A DNA stretch of 64,000 nucleotides, taken from an uncultured Thermoleophilia bacterium (lineage in GTDB: Bacteria > Actinomycetota > Thermoleophilia > UBA2241). Shown in pieces: positions 39,892 through 50,358 of this stretch (positions are counted from its first letter, which is position 1; the number at the start of each line of letters is the position of its first letter). The stretch is from the NCBI GenBank assembly GCA_963715985.1, contig CAVQSP010000003.1:55679-119678 (forward strand). The letters run 5' to 3'. The translations under genes were made by a program, and so were the position numbers. The notes under the pieces are model-generated. The model was not told the origin of the DNA. It worked only from the letters and a program-made list of their open reading frames with translations, and ran no database searches.

Positions 39892-39932
39892 GTGCTCCTC
39901 CGCATCGATTCAGGTTGACCGTGGGCGCGGGC

Positions 39933-41232
39933 TCACCCCACCACCGGCAGGCAGTCGCCGCCGTAGGGCAGCAGCCCGATGGTCCCGTCCGGGACCATCT
40001 CGATGGCGCGATCCACGGCGGCCTGCAGGTCCGGGTGGCGTTCGTACCCGAGCAGGGCGACGTCGTCGTCGGCCAGACCGTCGCTCACCAGCAGGATCCT
40101 GGCCTTCTCGCGGATCTTGGCGTTGTCCACGCCGAGGTCGGCGGCGATGAGGTCGGCCGCGGGGTCGGACGGGTCGGCGGCCTTGATCAGCTCGATCCCT
40201 TCCGCGAACGACGTCCTCAGCCAGTCGCGCAGCTTGGGATGGTTGTGTTCGAGGCCCTCCGGGCACGGCGTGCAGAACACGATCACGCCGCCCTCCTTGA
40301 CCGCGAAGTACGCGGCGATGAGGCCTTTCTCACCCTGCCACCAGTCGATGTCGGCGGGGTACGAGCTGCACGATGACGATGTCGGCCGGCTCCGGCACGG
40401 GGACGCCCCAGGCGCGCCGCGACACCTCCACGCCGGCGCGGTGTGCGTCCAGCAGGTCGCCGGCGACGATCTCCACCACGCGGTGGTGCGGATCCTGGAC
40501 CACGTTGATGATGAAGGCCAGGCCCACGGTGCGGGCGACCTCTTCCATGCCGCGCCGGCAGGGAGAGTCCACCCAGCCGAGCGGGATCTCGGGCAGCAGG
40601 GTCGCCGTCACATGCGTGGCCGCGGTGGTGGCGAAGCCGCACACGCCGGGCTGGACGATCTTGGCGCCGCCGGAGTAGCCGGCCCCGCAGTGCGGGATGA
40701 TGTTGCCCAGGCCGATGAGCAGGTCGGCGTCCATCGCCGTGCGGTTCACCTGCACGGGGATGGTGTAGTCGCCGGCGCCGATCTCGCCGAGGTCGACGAG
40801 CGACTCGTCGACGCGGTAGTCGTGCTGGGAGATGCGCACGCGGCCGTACGCCTCCTCCCCCACCTTGGCGCGGATCTCCTCGTCGGTCATGACGCGGTGC
40901 GTGCCCGGCGCGGTGAGGATCTCGATGTGCTCGTCGCTCACGCCGGCCTCGTTGAGGGCGTCGAACAGCACCGGGAGGATGCGCGCCACCGGCGTAGTGC
41001 GCGTGGCGTCCTCCACGAGCACGACCACCTTCTGCTTGCCGGCCGCCAGCTCGCGCAGTGGCCGCGTGCCGATAGGCGCCTCGAGCCGCGCCCGCAGCGT
41101 GGCGGCGAAGTCCTCGATCTCCGGCAGGGTCTCCATCTCGCCGGTGAAGACGATGCGGTCCGCCGGCACCTCGGCGGAGATGCTCGTCTCGCCGTAGGGC
41201 AGCTCGACGCGCGTGCGCTCGCCGGCGCTCAT
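39933..41232 (-). CDS. larA: LarA-family nickel-pincer racemase/epimerase; frameshift near 40370
   Basis: LPYG, PIGT, EDATRTTP, APGTHR, IIPHCGAGYSGGAKIVQPG, PCPEG. Confidence 0.82.
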
Positions 41233-41233
41233 C

Positions 41234-41668
41234 TCAGGCCTCGCCACCCGCCGCAGACTTCTCCACGGTGATCGTGCCTGCGGTCGCATCCACGACGACG
41301 TGGTCGCCGTTGGCCACCGCCTCGTAGAAGCCGGGCTCGACCTCGTCCACCAGCGGGATCTCCATGGCGATGATCGTGGACACCAGCACAGGCTCCGGCC
41401 GCTCGATGATCACGGCCTTGGGCGCGACGCCGTTGATGATGAGCCGGTAGAGGCCGTCGGCCTGCACCACGGAGCTGCCCTTGCCGGTGGGCATGATGAG
41501 GACCCTGCCGGCCACGCTCTGACAGTCGAGCGCGTGGCCCTTCTCGATCACGGTGCCCGTCCGCGGGTCGCAGAGGGCGAAGCAGAGCGCGTCCCTGGAG
41601 AGCAGGGCCGCGCCTTCGCCGGCACCTTCCGAGATGCAGCGGCAGGAGAACTCGAGTGTGCCGGCCAT
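41234..41668 (-). CDS. Aconitase X small (swivel, DUF126) subunit
   Basis: GTVIEKGH…SVAGRVLIMPTGKGSSV…APKA. Confidence 0.85.
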   Translation of the reverse strand: MAGTLEFSCRCISEGAGEGAALLSRDALCFALCDPRTGTVIEKGHALDCQSVAGRVLIMPTGKGSSVVQADGLYRLIINGVAPKAVIIERPEPVLVSTIIAMEIPLVDEVEPGFYEAVANGDHVVVDATAGTITVEKSAAGGEA

Positions 41669-42885
41669 CAGTGGACCTCCCCCGCGATCGCGGCTTCGAC
41701 GGCCTGCAGCAGCGGCCTCACGGCGTAGCGCTGGCCGAGCACCTGACAGTAGAAGGCGCACTTCTGCGACTCGGTGACGCCGGGCCTGTCGTAGTAGATG
41801 TCCCAGCAACCGGGCACGTCCATGCAGGTGTCGGGGATGACGTGCCCGCCGGCGCGGTTGATGGTGGCCAGGTAGCCCATGCGGTCGGCGAGCTCCAGGG
41901 TGAGCGAGCTCACGAGGATCCAGGTGTCCACGGCGAAGCGCCGCCCCTGGATCTGCGCGGCGATCTCGCCGAGCTGGCGGATGGTGAGGTGCGGGCAGCC
42001 GAACATCGCGTAGTCGATGGGGCCGGGCTCGCCGGCGAACTGCTCGCGCACGCGCTCGAGGTCGGCCTGGGTGATGGTGACGCGCGCCTTGGGCGTCGCG
42101 GCCGCCGAGGGCCGCGTCTACACGTCCGGCGCCTCGGGCGTGATGCCGGCGATGTGGTACATGGCCACCGAGCCGGACGTGGCGAGCTCGGCGCCGAACT
42201 GCACGAAGCCCTCCGGCGTGGCCCGCTTCGTGATGCCGCTGAACACGGGCACCTCGCCGCCCTTGTAGACCTGCGGGTAGGCGTAGCCCAGGAGATGCCA
42301 GTCGAAGTCCTCCTCGACCTTGGCCTCGACCTCCACCAGCACCTCGGCGCGACGGTTCTCGTCGAGCAGGAACCCGTACTCGGGCACGCGCCCGGTGACG
42401 GCGGCACACAAGGCGCTGATGGACGACTCGCGGTTGCTGCGCGCCCCGAGCACCGAGTTCACGTACGGCGTGGCGCTGGACTCGGAGAACGCCACGATCT
42501 CGCCGAACGCCGGCACGTTCTTCTCGATCTCCGGCGTGCAGCTCAGAGTCATGACCGCGCCGATCTTGCGGTACGCCTCGTTGCTGGCCGTGACGTTCTT
42601 GATGCCGGACTCGTCCATCGCCCAGAGGTGTTGCCCGACGTAGTCGAGGTCCATGCTGGGATTGGTGGTGGGCGGCACGATGCAGCGGGCGCCGCCCTCG
42701 ACGAGCTTGGTGACGAAGTAGATGTCGCCCTGCTGCGCGCTGGCCGCGACGTGGGCGCGCGTGATGGGCACCATGCGTTTGGCGTAGAAGGCGCGCCCGG
42801 TGCCGACCTGCACCTTCATGGCCAGGGCCATGCCTTCTCCGTGCTTGCCCTCGAGCATGTCGCGCTCGAAGCTTGTCAGCTCCAT
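41668..42885 (-). CDS. Aconitase X catalytic (DUF521) subunit; frameshift near 42110
   Basis: TTNP, SCTP, AFSESSA…NSVLGARSNRE, GCPH, DTC. Confidence 0.87.
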
Positions 42886-42923
42886 GCGAGCTCCCTTCGG
42901 TGTGGTCGTGGGCCGGCCGCGGA

Positions 42924-43874
42924 TCAGACGCCCGGGCCGGCCACGTTGCGCGGCCTTCCCTCGAGAAAGCGCACGGCGTTGTCGGTGCAGATGGCGGCGA
43001 GGTTGGCGCTGGCCTCCCCCGTGTTGAAGCCGATGTGCGGCGTGACGACGACGTTGTCCAGGGCCAGCATCCCGACGGCGCTGGCCGACTCCATGTCGAG
43101 CACGTCGATGCCGGCGCCGGCGATGGTACCGCTGCGCAGCGCCTCATACAGGTCAGTCTGGCATACGAGTCCGGCCCGGGCGGCGTTGATGAGGATCGCG
43201 TGGCGGGGCATGCGCGCCAGGAGCGGCGCGTCCACCATGCCGGCGGTGTCCTCGGTGAGCGGCGCGTGCAGGGTCACCACATCGCTGTCGGAGAAGAGCC
43301 GGTTCAGCGGCATGTAGACGGCACCCAGCTGCTCGACCAGCTCGTCGTTGCGGCAGACGTCGTAGGCGAGGATCTTCATGCCCAGGGCGTGGCCGAGACG
43401 CGCCACGCGGCTCCCGATGGCCCCGGTGCCCACGACGCCCAGGGTGGCGCCGCAGAGCTCCCGGCCCACGAAGGAACGCCAGTCCTCGGCGCGCGTCTCA
43501 CGAAAGGAACGCTCGGCGGCGGGGATCTTGCGGGCCACGGCGAGCATCAGGCCCAGCGTGAGCTCCGCCACGGCGTTGGTGGCGTACGCCGGGACGCGGC
43601 AGACCACCACGCCGCGGCGCGTGGCCGCCTGCACATCCACGGTGTCGGTGCCCGTGGCCGCCAAAGAGATCATGCGCAGCCGGGGAAGCCTCTCCAGCGC
43701 GGCGCTCCCTATGCGCGTCCAGGAGGTCAGCGCCACTTCCGCGCTCCCCGCCCGCGCGACGAGCTCGTCGTCGTCGGCCGGGACGCCCTCGTACACGCGC
43801 ACGTCGCCGTGTGCCGCGAGGCGGCCGAGGTTCTCGCTTCCGAGCTCGAAGTCGTCGAGGACGACGATGTTCAC
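42924..43874 (-). CDS. D-isomer-specific 2-hydroxyacid dehydrogenase
   Basis: AVAE, GVVGTGAIG, LHAPLT, LINAARAG, GIDV, TPHIG. Confidence 0.9.
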   Translation of the reverse strand: MNIVVLDDFELGSENLGRLAAHGDVRVYEGVPADDDELVARAGSAEVALTSWTRIGSAALERLPRLRMISLAATGTDTVDVQAATRRGVVVCRVPAYATNAVAELTLGLMLAVARKIPAAERSFRETRAEDWRSFVGRELCGATLGVVGTGAIGSRVARLGHALGMKILAYDVCRNDELVEQLGAVYMPLNRLFSDSDVVTLHAPLTEDTAGMVDAPLLARMPRHAILINAARAGLVCQTDLYEALRSGTIAGAGIDVLDMESASAVGMLALDNVVVTPHIGFNTGEASANLAAICTDNAVRFLEGRPRNVAGPGV

Positions 43875-43951
43875 GGGCAGTTCTCCCCGTCGGGACCGGG
43901 CATGGCCATCATGATGGCACGCCCTGCCGCGTGGCGCGGGCGGTCCGGCGT

Positions 43952-43967
43952 GTCCACGTATGTGGAC
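43952..43967. promoter_or_regulatory. Palindrome GTCCAC-GTAT-GTGGAC, candidate operator
   Basis: Perfect 6-bp arms about 80 nt upstream of the dehydrogenase operon; shares TATGTGG with the 35953 site. Confidence 0.45.
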
Positions 43968-44048
43968 GGAAATCGGCCTCCCGTGGCTTGGGGTGCTCCC
44001 GGTTCCCGGGACGACCGGCCCTCCGCTCCAAGTCGCGCGCCGGGCCCG

Positions 44049-44130
44049 ATGTTCCGATCGTCATGTTCAAGCTGCGGTACGTCCAACGGATCCGTTGTTT
44101 GAAAACGCGATCTCGAACATGCCTGCCGCG
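44049..44130 (+). repeat. Dispersed palindromic intergenic element, copy B
   Basis: GTTCAA(44065)-N5-GGTACGT-N16-TTGAA-AACGCGATCTCGAACATGCC. Confidence 0.75.
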
Positions 44131-44299
44131 GGCGCGGGCCTGAGGCGCGGCCGAGGACGACGGCCGTGAGCCGTTGCTCACTCCGCGCTGCCGCCGATAT
44201 GCTCTGCACAGACCGGCGCCGCGCCGGCCACCTCCCGCCGGGAGCGCGTCACGCGGCGTCGCCCAGCCGCTCACCCCCTCGCCAGACCGGAGGAGTCTC

Positions 44300-45717
44300 A
44301 TGACCCAGTATCGCCTGCGCACCACCGCGCTCGACGAGGCCGGATGCGCCGCCGTGCACGACGCGACCCTCGAGATCCTCGCGAAGACCGGCGTGGAGGT
44401 GCAGCACGAGGGCGCCCTGGCGCTGCTCGGCAGGGCCGGCGCCCGCGTGGACGGCAGCCGCGTGCGCATCCCAGCGGCGCTCGTCGACGGGGCGCTCGCG
44501 GTCGCCCCGCGCAGCATCACGCTCGCCTCGCGCGGCGCGACCGGCGACCTCGAGCTCAAGGCCGGCCCGGTCTACTACGGCACCGGCTCGGACTGCCTGT
44601 TCTGCCTGGGTCCGCAGACCCGTGACCGCCGCCCGGTGTCGCTCGACGACGTCGAGCAGATGGCGGCGCTGCAGGAGCACCTGCCCAACATCGAGTTCGT
44701 GATGAGCATGGCCCACCCACACGAACTGGCTGCGGAGTTCGCTCCGGTGGCCCAGTTCGCCGCCATGCTGCGCGGCACGTCCAAACCGCTGATCATGGTG
44801 CCTGAGGTCGCCGCCGACGTGGACCTCTTCCAGGAGATGGCGGCGGTGTGCGGCGCAGCCGGCAGCTGGGCCCTCTACGCCATGCCCACACCGCCCCTCG
44901 TCCACGGCGAGCACTCGGCGGCGCGGCTGATCCGCTGCGCCGAGCTCGGCGTGCCCATGGTGTACGCCTCGGCCACGCTGCAGGGCGCGACCGGGCCCGC
45001 GTCGCGGGCCGGCAGTGTGGTGCAGACCAACGCCGAGATGCTCAGCGGCCTCGTGATCAGCCAGCTGGCGGCGCCGGGGGCGCCCTTCGTGTACGGCGTC
45101 GCCCAGGGCGCGATGAACCCGCGCACCGCCCACGTCGTGTACTGCTCCCCCGAGGAGATGGCGGTGCAGCAGGCCTCCGCCGACCTGGCGCGGTACTACG
45201 ACCTCCCTACCTTCGGCTACGGCGGCTGCTCGGACTCCCTGGCGCTCGACGAGCAGTGGGCCTTCGAGGCCGGCATGACCTTGGTGACGGCCGCGCAGGC
45301 CGGCGTGACGCTGCTCCACGACATCGGCTACGTCTCTTCGGGCACGGCCTCGCTCGTACGAGAGCATGGTGGTGTTCGACGAGCTGGTGGGCTGGGTGAA
45401 GGCGTACCTGGACGGCGTGGCCATCGACACCGACGCGCTGGCGCTCGAGGAGATCGACGCCGTCGGACCAGGCGGCAGCCACCTCTCGCGCAAGTACACG
45501 CGGAAGCACGTGCCGCGACTACGTGGCCCCGCGCCTCATCTCCCAGGACCAGTACGACGCCTGGCAGGCGATGGGCAGCTCGACGCTGCTGGAACGCACG
45601 GCGCAGCGGACGAAGGAGCTGCGCGAGGGCGAGCGGGCGTACGCCCTCGAGCCTGAGGCGCTGGCGCAGCTCGACGCGCTTGTCGAGACGGCGCGGCTGC
45701 AGCGCGAAGAGGCCTGA
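44300..45717 (+). CDS. mttB: MttB-superfamily methyltransferase, non-pyrrolysine; frameshifts near 45355 and 45510
   Basis: VHDATLEIL, YGTGSDC, GATGPAS, NAEMLSG, FGYGG-C-SDS, LLHDIGY, VGPGGSHL. Confidence 0.85.
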
Positions 45718-45771
45718 GGCCCGCTACCGCCGCGGCGGGCGCCGGCCGCGAAACCGATCGGAGGCGACGCG

Positions 45772-46958
45772 ATGGACGTGAGAGCACTCGAGATGCCGAG
45801 CCTCAGGCGCCTGCTGCGGCGACAGGCGTGCCGACGACCGTGCCCAGCTCACGGCCGGCGCGCACCGGGCCCTATCGAGCGCCTCGACGCGCGCCACTCC
45901 GGCTACGCCCTGGCGCGCGCCGGCGCCTGGGGCCCGGTGCTGCAGCGCGAGATCGAGACCTCCCAGCGCAAGGAGCCGCTCAGCGCCGCCCTCGGCGCCG
46001 TGAACGACGCCTTCCCGGCGTCAGGGACGGCGAGGTGAACGCGCGGCCGGCGCCGCTGCCGGACGCGGCCGCACTCAGCCGCCACATCAAGGCCGCGGCC
46101 CGCTTTCTCAAGGCCGACCTGGCCGGCGTCTGCGAGCTCCCGCAGTGGGCCGTGTACGCCCGCGACTGGACCCGCGACCCGGTGGTGTGCGAGCACCGCT
46201 ACGCCATCGTCCTGGCATCTGAGTGGGACTACGAGACCATGGACGCGTCGCGCGGGGACGACTGGATCTCGCTGGCCGAGAGCAACCTCGCCTACAACCA
46301 GTCGGCGCTCATCGCCTGCTCGCTGGCCGCCTACATCCGCGACCTCGGGTATCCGGCGCGGGCCCACTTCCAGGGCACGTTCGACCCGCCCTGCTACGAC
46401 GTCGTCGTCACGCCGCTCCTGCTGCTCGCCGGCCTCGGCGAGTTCAGCCGCGCCGGCTGGGCCCTCAACCCGCTGCTCGGTGGGCGCTTCAAGGCCTCGG
46501 TGGTGACCACCGACCTGCCGCTGCTGCCGGACGCGCCCGTGGACTTCGGCCTGCAGGAGTTCTGCCGCGCCTGCAAGCGCTGCGCCCGCGAGTGCCCCTC
46601 GCACGCCATCTCGGACTCCGACCACACGGCGCCGCGCAACGGCTACCTGGCCTACGAGTTCGACCCCGAGCGCTGCGGCAAGTACCGCATCATGAACCGC
46701 AACGGGGCCTGGTGCGGGCGCTGCGTCAAGGTGTGCCCGTGGAACAAGCCGGCGGGGCTGACCCACGACCTCGTGCGCCTCGCCATCGCCCGCGCCCCGC
46801 GGACCGACGCGTTGTGGATCGACCTGGATGAGCGGCTCGGCTACGGCCGGCCGCGCCCCGAACGGCAGTGGTGGCTCGACCTCGAGCGCACGGAGGGGGG
46901 TTCCAGCGTGCCGCCCGAGTCGGCGCAGAACGACGCCTGGGCGCACCCGGACCGCTGA
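45772..46958 (+). CDS. Reductive dehalogenase (RdhA)-like cobalamin/Fe-S protein without Tat signal; frameshifts in 5' part
   Basis: HIKAAARFLKADLAGVC, YIRDLGYPARAH, AGLGEFSR, VTTDLPL, FCRACKRCARECP and C-X11-CGRCVKVCPWNK. Confidence 0.8.
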
Positions 46959-47024
46959 CGTCGCCGCCGGGAGCGGCGCCTGCTCGCGCCGTCTCAGCCG
47001 TCCCGGGGCCGGAGAGGCGACCGC

Positions 47025-48446
47025 TCAGCCGAACGCCCCCGCACGGATGAGCTCGCGCACGGGCTCCACGTCCACGGGCGGCGCTTCGCCCGGCGCCAGC
47101 GGGGGCACGACCTCCCGGATGAGCTCGTAGGCCGTCGCCGTCCCGCGGCCGAGCGGCGAGACGCCGCGCGTGTCGACGGCCTGAGCCGACACCAGCAGCT
47201 CGATGGCCACGAGGGCCTCTCCGAGCTCGACCTGCTCGGCCAGCCGCCGTCCCGACAGCGGCAGGTGCGTGGCGTGGTCCTCGATGCCCTCTGCCCCCGA
47301 TGGTGCTGGCGACCGCGAACGAGACCGGCTGCGCGAGCGAGCCGGCCTCCACCGTCAGCGACTCCGCGGTGATCGCGAGGATGCTCAGGCCCGAGGTCGG
47401 GTCCCCGCTCGGGGAGCAGCCCGGTGGGCAGCCCGGACCACAGCGCATCGAGCAGCTTCATGCTGCGCTCGGTGGCCGCGACGAGCATGCCGGCGAGGGC
47501 GACGCGGACGTAGTCGAGCGCCGCCGAAAGGCCCAGCACCTCGTAGACCGACGCCGACACGATGCGGCCGTCGGCGACGGACACGACCGGGTTGACCTGG
47601 GCGCAGCGGAGCTCGAGGTCCAGGAGCTGACAGCACGTGCTCGAGCGCGGTCCGCGCGGCGGCCTGGATCGGGGCGGTGCTGCGGTAGGTGAGGGGGTCC
47701 TGCAGGTTGCGAGCCGCCCCGTCGGCCCAGAGGTAGCTGCCGTCGAGCAGGTCGCGAAGGCGGGCGAGCGTCCGCGCCAGGACGGGGTCCGGCCGGGCGC
47801 GCTCGACGGCCGGGTGCAGCGGTGAGAGGTTGGCCGCGAAGCCCTCGAGGCAGAGGGCGGCGGCGACGTCGGCGGCGTCCAGCAGGCGGGCCGCGTCGGC
47901 CAGAGCGAGCGCGGCGCGGCCCGTGCCGAAGGCGCTCGTGTTGAAGAGCGCGAGGCCCTCTCCCGGCGCCAGATCCATCCCCGCGAACACCTCGTACACG
48001 AGGTCGGCCACGGGCGGCAGGTCGGAGGCGCCTATCGACCCGAGCGAGCGCACACTGGGTCGCTCATCGTCGTTCAGCGCCTGGACCAGCCGCTCGGCGA
48101 GCGCGGGACGGATGCAGGTGAAGCCCGCCGCCATCTGGTTGGCGAAGACGAGCATGGCGGCGCGCACCACGTCGGCGGGCGCCAGTGGGCCGACGCCGGC
48201 GCGCGTCTCGAGGATCTGGCGCCACTCGAAGGCGGCGTCGCCCGGCGCGACCGTCACGCGCTTCTGCACGCCGAGGCCGGTCGTCAGACCGTAGGTCGGT
48301 GTGCCGGCCTCCCGGGTCCTGTCCACGAGCGCCCGGGCCTGACGCATGCGCTCGAGCGCCTCCGGCGCGAGCGCGACGCGCTCGGACCGTCGCGCGACCG
48401 CCACCACGCCATCCAGCGTCAGATCGTGTCCCGTCAGCGTCACCAC
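47025..48446 (-). CDS. Aromatic amino-acid lyase-family protein lacking the ASG/MIO motif (ergothionase-like); several frameshifts in 3' half
   Basis: YGLTTGLG, GSIGASDL, EGLALFNTSA, LQDPLTYRS, GIEDHAT; GAGGAGG RBS before GTG 48446. Confidence 0.75.
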
Positions 48447-48728
48447 CGTCGCCTCCTCAGCTCGTGCCGCACCGCCGGCCGTCTCAGCCCGCCCGCTCGG
48501 GATCGCGCAAGGGCTGCGCTCCTCGCGCACGGCCTGCTCAGACAGGCACAGCGCTTCGCCCACGTCACCGGACGGCACGGCTCACGTGGTTCTGTGAGGC
48601 GCCTTTGATTGCGCCCAGCGAGCCGGCTGGATCGTGCCTCACGGCCGCGCCCGCGTCCGGCCACCGGCGGCTGGGCGGCCGACCACGCGGTACGCACGAG
48701 CGCGGCCGCGCGCCGTCCGCGGCGCCGC

Positions 48729-50147
48729 TCAGACTCCCTGGGCGCGGGCGAGCTCGGCCGCCACGATGCCGTCCAGCTCGGCGGCCTGCTCGGCCGAGAG
48801 GGCGAAGGCGCGCGGCTCTGAGCGCAGCCGCGCGACCTTGGCGCGCACGCGGTCGAGCAGCGTCTGCGACCCCTCCGCTGCCCAGCGCTCGTAGCCGGCG
48901 TCGTCGAACAGCTCGCTGGTCCAGAACTCGCGGTAGTGCCGGCGCGTGTACTTCGTGCCCAGGTGATTGCCGCCCGGTCCTGCTGCCGCGATCTCGTCCA
49001 GTGCGAGGGCGTAGTCGTCGAGCGGCACCTCGCGCAAGAACGCTTTGGCGTAGCTCACGAGCTCGTCGCCCAGCACGATGGACTCGTACGAGCTCTGCAT
49101 GCCGTCCTCGAGGTAGCCCACGTCGTGCAGCAGCGTCGCGCGCGAGAGCGCCCCCAGCATGGTCGTGAGCGCGGACTCCGCCGACCACTGCTCGTCGAGG
49201 ACCTTGGCCTCCGAGTTGCCGGCATACGAGAAGCTGGGCAGGCCGTAGTGACGCGCGAGGTCGCAGCCGGCCTGGAGCGCCACGACGGCCTCGGGCAGCG
49301 TGTACGGGTCGCCGTTCATGGTGCGCATGTCCATGGCGCCGCCGCCGGCGCCGTAGACGAACGGGGCGCCGGGCCGCACGTACTGATGCAGCACCAGCCC
49401 GCTGAGCACCTCGGCGTTGGCGACCAGCACGGTCGCCGTGACGGAGCGCGGCGAGGTGGAGCCGGCGCAGGGCGCCGGCGCGTAGACGAGCGGGATCTGC
49501 AGCTCGGCGCAGGCCACCACCTTGGAGAGCGCCTCTGCGTCGTGCTGCAGCGGCGGCGACGGCATGGCGTAGACGATGATGCTGTCCTTCTCGCCGGCGA
49601 CGGCGGCCATCTCCTGGATGCGCGCCAGCCGGCGCCCGTTGATGGGGGTGAGGATGAGCGGCTTGCGCGTGCCCTTGAGCAGCGCCGCAACGTGCGTCAC
49701 ATCGTCGACCGCCGGGTCCACGTCCTCGGGGGAGGCCATGGTCATGGCGAAGTCCATGTGCGGCAGCTTCTCGGCCAGGGCGGCCATGCCCTCGATGTCG
49801 GCGAGCACGGCGCGACGGCGCTCGTGCGTATCGGGGTCGCACACGTACAGGCAGTCCGACCCCGTGCCGAAGTACACGTTGCCGTCCTTGAGCACGAGGG
49901 GAGCCGAGTCGCCGCCGCGCGGGCGCAGCTCCCACTCGCGCGGCGCCGCGGCCAGCGCCGCCTGGACCAGCTCGGGCGCGAGGCGCACCCGCGTACCCTG
50001 CACGTCGGCCCCGAGCTCCTCGAAGAGTCGCAGCGAGCCCTCGTCCTGAAGCACCTCCACGCCCACGTCGGCGAGGAGCGTCAGGGTGGCGTCGTGGACG
50101 CGAGAGCAGTCGTCGCCGCCCCAGAAGGTCAGGTTGGAAGATGGCAT
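48729..50147 (-). CDS. mttB: MttB-superfamily methyltransferase, non-pyrrolysine
   Basis: VHDATLTLL, FGTGSDC, PSPPL, NAEVLSG, FSYAG-N-SEAK, LLHDVGYLE; paralog of 44300. Confidence 0.88.
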   Translation of the reverse strand: MPSSNLTFWGGDDCSRVHDATLTLLADVGVEVLQDEGSLRLFEELGADVQGTRVRLAPELVQAALAAAPREWELRPRGGDSAPLVLKDGNVYFGTGSDCLYVCDPDTHERRRAVLADIEGMAALAEKLPHMDFAMTMASPEDVDPAVDDVTHVAALLKGTRKPLILTPINGRRLARIQEMAAVAGEKDSIIVYAMPSPPLQHDAEALSKVVACAELQIPLVYAPAPCAGSTSPRSVTATVLVANAEVLSGLVLHQYVRPGAPFVYGAGGGAMDMRTMNGDPYTLPEAVVALQAGCDLARHYGLPSFSYAGNSEAKVLDEQWSAESALTTMLGALSRATLLHDVGYLEDGMQSSYESIVLGDELVSYAKAFLREVPLDDYALALDEIAAAGPGGNHLGTKYTRRHYREFWTSELFDDAGYERWAAEGSQTLLDRVRAKVARLRSEPRAFALSAEQAAELDGIVAAELARAQGV

Positions 50148-50229
50148 GTGGTGGTCCTTTCGTGTCTGCCGATCCGGCGCATCCAACTATGCGTCCTGGC
50201 GCCGGCGTCACAAGCGCGACACGGCCGTG

Positions 50230-50245
50230 GTCCTACATGTCGCAC
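50230..50245. promoter_or_regulatory. Candidate operator GTCCTACATGTCGCAC
   Basis: 13/16 match to GTCCCACATGTGGGAC; about 83 nt upstream of the mttB starting at 50147. Confidence 0.5.
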
Positions 50246-50358
50246 CCGGTCTCGCGTCGCGCGAGCGAGACGGCGAAGCGCCCACCGGGATCGGCCACGG
50301 CGCCCGCCCGAGGAATCCGGCCGACCCCCCGCCCGGCTGACTCGACCGGTCCCATCGG

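Noticed and set aside
26754-44130. Palindromic elements as integron attC sites or a conserved small peptide
   Set aside because: No RYYYAAC/GTTRRRY ends, no integrase, not arrayed; translations share little beyond the DNA motif
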